This document shows positions 52,408 to 62,200 of a stretch of 64,000 bases of DNA, one piece after another (positions within the stretch are counted from its first letter, which is position 1; each line of letters begins with the position of its first letter). The position numbers were made by a program, and so were the translations under genes. Below the pieces are notes generated by a model. The model was given only the letters and a program-made list of their open reading frames with translations, searched no databases and had not been told where the DNA came from. Source of the stretch: Lepidodermella squamata (Eukaryota; Animalia; Gastrotricha); assembly GCA_047495785.1 (NCBI GenBank), contig JBLDXI010000054.1, forward strand, positions 4,237,812 through 4,301,811. The letters are read 5' to 3'.

Positions 52408-52446
52408 TATTGGTAGACCGGTTTCACTATTTCTTCAGTACCAATA
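52408..52446 (-). ncRNA. Minimal type I hammerhead ribozyme (copy 1)
   Basis: Minus strand TATTGGTA-CTGAAGA-AATAGT-GAAA-CCGGTC-TACCAATA; 8-bp stem I. Confidence 0.85.
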
Positions 52447-53176
52447 TCATACTTCTGATAGAATTATAACGAGTGACATTATTGTGACAGCGCTATGATA
52501 ACACCGTACCAGGTGCGTGTGCCTCGGACTATGTTAGGCGCAGCGGATTAGGATTACAAGGTGTTGTTTCGCGCACACGTGTTACTAAGTTCAAGTTAAC
52601 TACGGCAGGTGTGCGTCTAGGTGTGCGCACTATAGCGGATTTAGCGCACAGATGTTGTGGCCACTACTTGTTAATCGGTGATTCTAGCCAGATGGGTAAC
52701 AAGGTGTGCTACTAGGCTGGCGAGGCCTTGATGACGAGCTAACGTGACATCTGTGCTGTTGAGAGACGACAATTACAATGATGAAGATGACCAATAGAAG
52801 ATTGACAGCTGACGCAAGGCGTTATTGCCGGCGACATCAAGGTATTGAAAGCAATAAAAGTCATAAAACAGGATATGCCGATTCTAAGGTCGTTATCGAC
52901 TTTGGATCTCGCTGCGGGTTACTGGTTGATACCAGGATGGCTTGGCCGCCGTGGTCGTGTGCGACTATGACTCGCTGACGTCCAGAACATTAGACCTCGC
53001 TGCGGGTTACTGGCCGATACCGCGTTGAACAGGCTATAAAACATGAATGGAGAAACATATAATACTGCGTAATGGTGGTAATTAATCTAATGAATTAATT
53101 AAGAATAATTAATAAACGGTCGGTAGCTTTGTTGCTACTCTTGACATCGTCGCTGGCTACTGGTCGATTGGTTCGG

Positions 53177-55003
53177 CTAGCAGTCTTTCGTTCGGCAGAG
53201 TTGCTTGACAACGCTTGGACCGAGTCGGGTGACGAGACGAATGCGTCGCCGGCGTGCGATGTCGTACAGTGGCTGTAGTGGCCGAACGAACTTCGTTTCG
53301 ACCGGTGGTCGCCAATCTTGTTGGTAGCGAAAGTTGTCGACTCGATTGCGTAGGAACGGCCAGTCTTGACCTTCGCAACTTGTGATGACGTCGTGGGCGA
53401 GCGCAAAAACATCTGCGTCGACGTAGCCGTACTTGGACGCGGAACTGGCGAGGCTAAAAATGGCAGAACACAAGTCTTCTGTATTATTGCAAATTCTTAA
53501 AAAGTTTAAAATGCGCCCTGTGACTGCGGCCCGGAGAGTCGATTCTGGGTGATTGGAGTCAGCGTGTAAGAGAGGCAACGAGTTCATGGGCTTGAAGTAA
53601 ACGCCGGTTCTGATGGAGCCATCGGGGTACTTGCTCAGGCGGACGTCGAGAACATTCGCACGCTCGGAGCTGATCTCGACTTCGAGCTTTATACGTGGAT
53701 GTAGTGCGCCGTATTCGTTGCCTAGCGTGACTGCGGCCTCTTGAGTGGTGCAGATTGCGAAGACGTCGTCTCGATACCGTTTGAACAACATCACGTCGGT
53801 TTGGCGTTCGACCAGATCGCGCTCGAGCACATAGAGGAACGCGTCCGCTACGACTGGGGCACTGTTGGAGCCCATCGGAATTCCGTGCACCTGACGATAC
53901 TGAATGCCTGAAAAATAGAAAATGTTTGAATTAAGTGTTATTTCGAGCATTGCGACGACGAGGTCGCGTTCGGGTGCGGTTCCGATTGCGTTCTCGTCCA
54001 ACATGGTCTTGATCGCTGCGATTCCTTCTCCAATCGGTACGTTGGTGTACAAGTCGCTCACGTCTGCGGTAAAGAACGTGACGTCGCACCCGCTTGAGTC
54101 GATTGCGCGAACAGCGTGTAGTAGGTCGATGGTAGACGAGGCACAGGTAGTCATGAACCGGTTGAGCGGTTTGCAGTAAGCTGCGGCGACCTTGTCTGCG
54201 GCGGCGAGAGCTGTGCCCAAACAGTCGACAATCGGGCGAATTTTCGGTAGACCATCTACGTCAAATGCCTTGTGCATTTTTGGTAAAAAATAAATATGAC
54301 GATCGCGGGTTGGCTCGAGATCGAGCCCGCGTAACAGCTTGCGTTGTGCGGCTGTACCGGTCGCCATAATGCGATCGACGAGAGTCTTCATTGCTTCGAG
54401 GCCTCGCTTCTCTTCTGATTCTTCGGCGTGCACATAGTTCGCTGTAGTGAGATGTTTGAGCGCCATTTTCGAGTAGTTCGCCTTTGACATGTAGACCATC
54501 GCTGCACCTTTGTCAGATTTCTTGAATACGCCGTCTTTGCGGAGGGCGCGTAATCGTCGTAGCTGTGGGTCGTCGACGATGGGACCGAGCCGTACTGTGC
54601 GAGCTGGCTGTGCGTGGCGGATAACGACTTGTCCGTGGATCCCGATAATCGGACCAACGAAGCGCTTTGAGAACGCTACAGAGGGAACCTTGACGTCGAG
54701 GCCGTGGTCGGGACGAGGGACGACGGTTGCGCCAAGGAGATCTGAAATGACATTAACACAGGCAATTTTATCTTTTTTCGTGAAATTAATGATTTTAAGG
54801 CCACGCTCGAGTGCCTGTTTCTCGGCTGGCTGGAGAGTTCCCGTCAGGTCAACGACGGACGGTAGAGAACAGCGATGCAGCGTCCCGTACGCTCCGTTTT
54901 GGACTAGGGATGGGATGGCCCTGAGCCCGAGCGATCCCGCGAAACCGCGACGCGATGTCTGCGTGTCTGTCTCCTTTTTCGTGCTTCTCGCGGATGTGTG
55001 TGA
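53177..55003 (-). CDS. Penelope-like reverse transcriptase (no endonuclease). Frame open from 55003; first ATG only at 54499
   Basis: VVDLTGTLQPAEKQALERGLK, KSDKGAAMV, YFLPKMHK, RPIV, TADVSDLYTNVP, QVHGIPMGS, RYRDD, LDVRL, YFKP..LHADSNHP. Ends after the thumb region. Confidence 0.93.
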   Translation of the reverse strand, partial: SHTSARSTKKETDTQTSRRGFAGSLGLRAIPSLVQNGAYGTLHRCSLPSVVDLTGTLQPAEKQALERGLKIINFTKKDKIACVNVISDLLGATVVPRPDHGLDVKVPSVAFSKRFVGPIIGIHGQVVIRHAQPARTVRLGPIVDDPQLRRLRALRKDGVFKKSDKGAAMVYMSKANYSKMALKHLTTANYVHAEESEEKRGLEAMKTLVDRIMATGTAAQRKLLRGLDLEPTRDRHIYFLPKMHKAFDVDGLPKIRPIVDCLGTALAAADKVAAAYCKPLNRFMTTCASSTIDLLHAVRAIDSSGCDVTFFTADVSDLYTNVPIGEGIAAIKTMLDENAIGTAPERDLVVAMLEITLNSNIFYFSGIQYRQVHGIPMGSNSAPVVADAFLYVLERDLVERQTDVMLFKRYRDDVFAICTTQEAAVTLGNEYGALHPRIKLEVEISSERANVLDVRLSKYPDGSIRTGVYFKPMNSLPLLHADSNHPESTLRAAVTGRILNFLRICNNTEDLCSAIFSLASSASKYGYVDADVFALAHDVITSCEGQDWPFLRNRVDNFRYQQDWRPPVETKFVRPLQPLYDIARRRRIRLVTRLGPSVVKQLCRTKDC

Positions 55004-57266
55004 TCAGACCATTGATTGAGCAGCTCTTGCCGACGTGGCCGCATCGTTTGCCGCTCGGTAGCTTGAAAGCGCACGACCACTTGCCGTTGTGAAACTCGAC
55101 GAGTATCGACGGATCGCGTATCTTTTCTTTCTTCCACCATTCGCGGGTGAACTCTGCTTTGCTCAAGTTCTTCTGTATGGCGTAGTCTTGCTTTGATAGC
55201 GTGGTCGTCGTATCACCCTGCTCTTGACGGACCGACTGAGCGTTCGAACCGTGCATCGGTGGGTTGTGCGCAGGCGGTCGCGATGCCGGTGCCAGGCGTT
55301 TGAGACACGTTCCGGGTTGCCCGTACATTTGTTGCGCCGAGATCGCTTTGACGACGGCGGGCTTCTTGGACGGCGCCGGAAGTTCTGTTGGTGACTTGTC
55401 TTTCGGGCTGGTGGCACGAGCTCGCTTGGTGGGCACCGAGGCGTTTGGCGCACCTGGTCGCGGAGCGTTCTGCGAGACCGCGTTGATCGCTTCACCGAAG
55501 AACGAGGCGACCGAGCTGACATCTGAAATAGAATTGCAATTATTAAAACGAGATTCGACATTGGCTGCAGCTGCTGCTAGCGCGGTGTCGCTGGCACTGT
55601 CGATCGGTGAAGCGTCCTTGCTCGGAGTCTGAGGCAGAGGCGCGGACGTGGGCGTTAACTGGGCTGCTGTCGATTTGTCGGCAGTGACCGTTTGTGGAGT
55701 AGCCGGGCGGGCTACATTGATAGTCGTTGAGAGGTCGGCGGTCGCCGCTGAATCGCGGCTGCCACCGTTCTTAGTAACCAAGTTGCTAGCTTCAGAAGTT
55801 GACCGAGCGGTAGTCGACGCTGAACCGCGACTGTCAACGCTCTTTGAGACCAAGTTGCTAGCTTCAGAAGTTGACCGAGCGGTAGTCGACGCTGAACCGC
55901 GACTGTCATCGCTCTTTGAGACCAAGTTGCTAGCTTCAGAAGTTGACCGTGCGGGAATCGAGGCCAAATCGCGACCGAGACCTCTCTTCGGTACCAGTGC
56001 GTTGATCTGAGCGGTTGAACGTGCGGAAATCCAGGTCGAATCGCGTTCTTCTGTGGTGAGCAAGCCCCAATCACCCGGGCTCGGATGGCCAGTCTGAGCG
56101 GTTGAACCGGGAGCCGCCTTGGGTGTCGGTGGTAACGCTTGACGAGCTGTTTCTGATTGACCTGTCGGCGTAACCGGATTGACGGCCGGGTCGCTTACGA
56201 CCATCGGCGACGAAGACTGAATGGTGTCGTGCGCTTCAACCGTTACGTTGACAGGTGCTTCCCTTGGGGAGGCATGGACCTGAGAAAGAGAGTTAGGGTT
56301 AATTAGTAAGCTGCGGTCCGCCTGTATTTTGTTTTGCGCAAGGTGATAAGTAAAAGCCTGCCAGCCCTTCGTAACGTTGGTGAGCAAGTCAGGGCTGCGC
56401 ATGGCGCGTTTCATTTCGTTGCAGGCGCATTGAAATTGTTCGTAGATCGCCGGCCAGTAGATGTTGCTCGACTTGCGCAGGACTCGTAGCACGCTGTTGC
56501 TGCTCGCGACAGTGTTGAAGACCCGCGACGTTTGGGCCGCTCTGTCCGACGGATGGCAGTAGTTTGCTGCTTGGCGTGCATCGGTGAACGCACTTTCGAG
56601 AGCTTGCTCGTGTCCTTGCATGGATTTATGACGTATCTCGGAAACAACATTGTAAAAAAGCAAATCAACGATGCCCTGAGTGCTAGCTTCGAACCGGTGC
56701 TCGCGCGGGAAAAACTTCTCAAGCACTGGCCGGAGTGCCTTCTCGTGAGCGGTGGTGGGTCTCTCGTTTTGAGGTTTGGCGTAGTCTTCACTGAAGTTGG
56801 CTGTGGCGAGCTTGGCTAAAATGAAGAAATGATGAATAAAATTGTTGAGTTTCTCGCGGAAGCGATCGAGGAGATCTTGTCGATGTTCCCTCGCTCGACG
56901 TTGCCCTTCTGCTGCTGCCTTAGAAGGTAGCTGCCTGTAGTCCGTTGAGTCTTGCGGTCGCTTCGTACCATCCGCGTGCCGACGGTCTGACTGAGCGTTC
57001 GAACCGTGCGAGCGACTGGAGCGGCCGTGCGTAGCACCCTCGTGCGAACGGTAAGATCGAGTGTTCGAACTGGACGCTGCTGCGGAGACTGTCTGTTTCG
57101 AGCGGCTTTGATGACGATCGCGCCGTTCTTGTTGATAGGGCGGATTGTGACGACTCGAATTGTAATAGACGTAGCGGAAGCGGCCAAAGATGGCCCGTCC
57201 CGGGCGGTCGTTGTTAATTTCTGTAAACCCGTTGTTATTAGAAACAAAACGGTTACGGTTAGACAT
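54849..57266 (-). CDS. PLE ORF1, 805 aa: R/S-rich N-terminus, helical core, S/T/P-rich linker, C-terminal BED-like zinc finger
   Basis: Uninterrupted ORF; WSCAFKLPSGKRCGHVGKSCSINGLITHIREKH. Confidence 0.85.
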   Translation of the reverse strand: MSNRNRFVSNNNGFTEINNDRPGRAIFGRFRYVYYNSSRHNPPYQQERRDRHQSRSKQTVSAAASSSNTRSYRSHEGATHGRSSRSHGSNAQSDRRHADGTKRPQDSTDYRQLPSKAAAEGQRRAREHRQDLLDRFREKLNNFIHHFFILAKLATANFSEDYAKPQNERPTTAHEKALRPVLEKFFPREHRFEASTQGIVDLLFYNVVSEIRHKSMQGHEQALESAFTDARQAANYCHPSDRAAQTSRVFNTVASSNSVLRVLRKSSNIYWPAIYEQFQCACNEMKRAMRSPDLLTNVTKGWQAFTYHLAQNKIQADRSLLINPNSLSQVHASPREAPVNVTVEAHDTIQSSSPMVVSDPAVNPVTPTGQSETARQALPPTPKAAPGSTAQTGHPSPGDWGLLTTEERDSTWISARSTAQINALVPKRGLGRDLASIPARSTSEASNLVSKSDDSRGSASTTARSTSEASNLVSKSVDSRGSASTTARSTSEASNLVTKNGGSRDSAATADLSTTINVARPATPQTVTADKSTAAQLTPTSAPLPQTPSKDASPIDSASDTALAAAAANVESRFNNCNSISDVSSVASFFGEAINAVSQNAPRPGAPNASVPTKRARATSPKDKSPTELPAPSKKPAVVKAISAQQMYGQPGTCLKRLAPASRPPAHNPPMHGSNAQSVRQEQGDTTTTLSKQDYAIQKNLSKAEFTREWWKKEKIRDPSILVEFHNGKWSCAFKLPSGKRCGHVGKSCSINGLITHIREKHEKGDRHADIASRFRGIARAQGHPIPSPKRSVRDAASLFSTVRR
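55735..55950 (-). repeat. 72-bp (24-aa) in-frame tandem repeat, about 3 copies, in ORF1
   Basis: RSTSEASNLVSKS.DSRGSASTTA; anchor ACCAAGTTGCTAGC at 55777, 55849, 55921. Confidence 0.9.
56292..56301 (-). other. Internal telomere-complementary 10-mer TAACCCTAAC (priming / template-like site)
   Basis: Equivalent position minus 4868 is 51424-51433, exactly where the proximal copy fuses to (TTAGGG)n. Confidence 0.85.
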
Positions 57267-57275
57267 AATGAGATT

Positions 57276-57314
57276 TATTGGTAGACCGGTTTCACTATTT
57301 CTTCAGTACCAATA
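57276..57314 (-). ncRNA. Minimal type I hammerhead ribozyme (copy 2)
   Basis: Identical to 52408-52446. Confidence 0.85.
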
Positions 57315-58044
57315 TCATACTTCTGATAGAATTATAACGAGTGACATTATTGTGACAGCGCTATGATAACACCGTACCAGGTGCGTGTGCCTCGGACTAT
57401 GTTAGGCGCAGCGGATTAGGATTACAAGGTGTTGTTTCGCGCACACGTGTTACTAAGTTCAAGTTAACTACGGCAGGTGTGCGTCTAGGTGTGCGCACTA
57501 TAGCGGATTTAGCGCACAGATGTTGTGGCCACTACTTGTTAATCGGTGATTCTAGCCAGATGGGTAACAAGGTGTGCTACTAGGCTGGCGAGGCCTTGAT
57601 GACGAGCTAACGTGACATCTGTGCTGTTGAGAGACGACAATTACAATGATGAAGATGACCAATAGAAGATTGACAGCTGACGCAAGGCGTTATTGCCGGC
57701 GACATCAAGGTATTGAAAGCAATAAAAGTCATAAAACAGGATATGCCGATTCTAAGGTCGTTATCGACTTTGGATCTCGCTGCGGGTTACTGGTTGATAC
57801 CAGGATGGCTTGGCCGCCGTGGTCGTGTGCGACTATGACTCGCTGACGTCCAGAACATTAGACCTCGCTGCGGGTTACTGGCCGATACCGCGTTGAACAG
57901 GCTATAAAACATGAATGGAGAAACATATAATACTGCGTAATGGTGGTAATTAATCTAATGAATTAATTAAGAATAATTAATAAACGGTCGGTAGCTTTGT
58001 TGCTACTCTTGACATCGTCGCTGGCTACTGGTCGATTGGTTCGG

Positions 58045-59289
58045 CTAGCAGTCTTTCGTTCGGCAGAGTTGCTTGACAACGCTTGGACCGAGTCGGGTGA
58101 CGAGACGAATGCGTCGCCGGCGTGCGATGTCGTACAGTGGCTGTAGTGGCCGAACGAACTTCGTTTCGACCGGTGGTCGCCAATCTTGTTGGTAGCGAAA
58201 GTTGTCGACTCGATTGCGTAGGAACGGCCAGTCTTGACCTTCGCAACTTGTGATGACGTCGTGGGCGAGCGCAAAAACATCTGCGTCGACGTAGCCGTAC
58301 TTGGACGCGGAACTGGCGAGGCTAAAAATGGCAGAACACAAGTCTTCTGTATTATTGCAAATTCTTAAAAAGTTTAAAATGCGCCCTGTGACTGCGGCCC
58401 GGAGAGTCGATTCTGGGTGATTGGAGTCAGCGTGTAAGAGAGGCAACGAGTTCATGGGCTTGAAGTAAACGCCGGTTCTGATGGAGCCATCGGGGTACTT
58501 GCTCAGGCGGACGTCGAGAACATTCGCACGCTCGGAGCTGATCTCGACTTCGAGCTTTATACGTGGATGTAGTGCGCCGTATTCGTTGCCTAGCGTGACT
58601 GCGGCCTCTTGAGTGGTGCAGATTGCGAAGACGTCGTCTCGATACCGTTTGAACAACATCACGTCGGTTTGGCGTTCGACCAGATCGCGCTCGAGCACAT
58701 AGAGGAACGCGTCCGCTACGACTGGGGCACTGTTGGAGCCCATCGGAATTCCGTGCACCTGACGATACTGAATGCCTGAAAAATAGAAAATGTTTGAATT
58801 AAGTGTTATTTCGAGCATTGCGACGACGAGGTCGCGTTCGGGTGCGGTTCCGATTGCGTTCTCGTCCAACATGGTCTTGATCGCTGCGATTCCTTCTCCA
58901 ATCGGTACGTTGGTGTACAAGTCGCTCACGTCTGCGGTAAAGAACGTGACGTCGCACCCGCTTGAGTCGATTGCGCGAACAGCGTGTAGTAGGTCGATGG
59001 TAGACGAGGCACAGGTAGTCATGAACCGGTTGAGCGGTTTGCAGTAAGCTGCGGCGACCTTGTCTGCGGCGGCGAGAGCTGTGCCCAAACAGTCGACAAT
59101 CGGGCGAATTTTCGGTAGACCATCTACGTCAAATGCCTTGTGCATTTTTGGTAAAAAATAAATATGACGATCGCGGGTTGGCTCGAGATCGAGCCCGCGT
59201 AACAGCTTGCGTTGTGCGGCTGTACCGGTCGCCATAATGCGATCGACGAGAGTCTTCATTGCTTCGAGGCCTCGCTTCTCTTCTGATTC
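58045..59289 (-). pseudogene. 5'-truncated second RT copy
   Basis: Same RT translation, cut at the inversion junction downstream of the DKG motif. Confidence 0.85.
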
Positions 59290-62200
59290 CTCGACGTCAA
59301 GGTTCCCTCTGTAGCGTTCTCAAAGCGCTTCGTTGGTCCGATTATCGGGATCCACGGACAAGTCGTTATCCGCCACGCACAGCCAGCTCGCACAGTACGG
59401 CTCGGTCCCATCGTCGACGACCCACAGCTACGACGATTACGCGCCCTCCGCAAAGACGGCGTATTCAAGAAATCTGACAAAGGTGCAGCGATGGTCTACA
59501 TGTCAAAGGCGAACTACTCGAAAATGGCGCTCAAACATCTCACTACAGCGAACTATGTGCACGCCGAAGAATCAGAAGAGAAGCGAGGCCTCGAAGCAAT
59601 GAAGACTCTCGTCGATCGCATTATGGCGACCGGTACAGCCGCACAACGCAAGCTGTTACGCGGGCTCGATCTCGAGCCAACCCGCGATCGTCATATTTTA
59701 TTTTTTACCAAAAATGCACAAGGCATTTGACGTAGATGGTCTACCGAAAATTCGCCCGATTGTCGACTGTTTGGGCACAGCTCTCGCCGCCGCAGACAAG
59801 GTCGCCGCAGCTTACTGCAAACCGCTCAACCGGTTCATGACTACCTGTGCCTCGTCTACCATCGACCTACTACACGCTGTTCGCGCAATCGACTCAAGCG
59901 GGTGCGACGTCACGTTCTTTACCGCAGACGTGAGCGACTTGTACACCAACGTACCGATTGGAGAAGGAATCGCAGCGATCAAGACCATGTTGGACGAGAA
60001 CGCAATCGGAACCACACCCGAACGCGACCTCGTCGTCGCAATGCTCGAAATAACACTTAATTCAAACATTTTCTATTTTTCAGGCATTCAGTATCGTCAG
60101 GTGCACGGAATTCCGATGGGCTCCAACAGTGCCCCAGTCGTAGCGGACGCGTTCCTCTATGTGCTCGAGCGCGATCTGGTCGAACGCCAAACCGACGTGA
60201 TGTTGTTCAAACGGTATCGAGACGACGTCTTCGCAATCTGCACCACTCAAGAGGCCGCAGTCACGCTAGGCAACGAATACGGCGCACTACATCCACGTAT
60301 AAAGCTCGAAGTCGAGATCAGCTCCGAGCGTGCGAATGTTCTCGACGTCCGCCTGAGCAAGTACCCCGATGGCTCCATCAGAACCGGCGTTTACTTCAAG
60401 CCCATGAACTCGTTGCCTCTCTTACACGCTGACTCCAATCACCCAGAATCGACTCTCCGGGCCGCAGTCACAGGGCGCATTTTAAACTTTTTAAGAATTT
60501 GCAATAATACAGAAGACTTGTGTTCTGCCATTTTTAGCCTCGCCAGTTCCGCGTCCAAGTACGGCTACGTCGACGCAGATGTTTTTGCGCTCGCCCACGA
60601 CGTCATCACAAGTTGCGAAGGTCAAGACTGGCCGTTCCTACGCAATCGAGTCGACAACTTTCGCTACCAACAAGATTGGCGACCACCGGTCGAAACGAAG
60701 TTCGTTCGGCCACTACAGCCACTGTACGACATCGCACGCCGGCGACGCATTCGTCTCGTCACCCGACTCGGTCCAAGCGTTGTCAAGCAACTCTGCCGAA
60801 CGAAAGACTGCTAGCCGAACCAATCGACCAGTAGCCAGCGACGATGTCAAGAGTAGCAACAAAGCTACCGACCGTTTATTAATTATTCTTAATTAATTCA
60901 TTAGATTAATTACCACCATTACGCAGTATTATATGTTTCTCCATTCATGTTTTATAGCCTGTTCAACGCGGTATCGGCCAGTAACCCGCAGCGAGGTCTA
61001 ATGTTCTGGACGTCAGCGAGTCATAGTCGCACACGACCACGGCGGCCAAGCCATCCTGGTATCAACCAGTAACCCGCAGCGAGATCCAAAGTCGATAACG
61101 ACCTTAGAATCGGCATATCCTGTTTTATGACTTTTATTGCTTTCAATACCTTGATGTCGCCGGCAATAACGCCTTGCGTCAGCTGTCAATCTTCTATTGG
61201 TCATCTTCATCATTGTAATTGTCGTCTCTCAACAGCACAGATGTCACGTTAGCTCGTCATCAAGGCCTCGCCAGCCTAGTAGCACACCTTGTTACCCATC
61301 TGGCTAGAATCACCGATTAACAAGTAGTGGCCACAACATCTGTGCGCTAAATCCGCTATAGTGCGCACACCTAGACGCACACCTGCCGTAGTTAACTTGA
61401 ACTTAGTAACACGTGTGCGCGAAACAACACCTTGTAATCCTAATCCGCTGCGCCTAACATAGTCCGAGGCACACGCACCTGGTACGGTGTTATCATAGCG
61501 CTGTCACAATAATGTCACTCGTTATAATTCTATCAGAAGTATGATATTGGTACTGAAGAAATAGTGAAACCGGTCTACCAATAAATCTCATTATGTCTAA
61601 CCGTAACCGTTTTGTTTCTAATAACAACGGGTTTACAGAAATTAACAACGACCGCCCGGGACGGGCCATCTTTGGCCGCTTCCGCTACGTCTATTACAAT
61701 TCGAGTCGTCACAATCCGCCCTATCAACAAGAACGGCGCGATCGTCATCAAAGCCGCTCGAAACAGACAGTCTCCGCAGCAGCGTCCAGTTCGAACACTC
61801 GATCTTACCGTTCGCACGAGGGTGCTACGCACGGCCGCTCCAGTCGCTCGCACGGTTCGAACGCTCAGTCAGACCGTCGGCACGCGGATGGTACGAAGCG
61901 ACCGCAAGACTCAACGGACTACAGGCAGCTACCTTCTAAGGCAGCAGCAGAAGGGCAACGTCGAGCGAGGGAACATCGACAAGATCTCCTCGATCGCTTC
62001 CGCGAGAAACTCAACAATTTTATTCATCATTTCTTCATTTTAGCCAAGCTCGCCACAGCCAACTTCAGTGAAGACTACGCCAAACCTCAAAACGAGAGAC
62101 CCACCACCGCTCACGAGAAGGCACTCCGGCCAGTGCTTGAGAAGTTTTTCCCGCGCGAGCACCGGTTCGAAGCTAGCACTCAGGGCATCGTTGATTTGCT

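Larger units (their letters stand above)
51424..59289 (-). mobile_element. Tandem (~1.6 units, period 4868 bp) endonuclease-deficient Penelope-like retroelement, Athena/Terminon-like, 3' end attached to telomeric repeats
   Basis: 51424-54421 recurs almost identically at 56292-59289. PLE-type RT without GIY-YIG; hammerheads; transcribed toward the centromere. Confidence 0.92.

Noticed and set aside
52778-52978. 66-aa antisense ORF in the PLE inter-ORF region (three copies)
   Set aside because: Recurrence only reflects element duplication; no motif support
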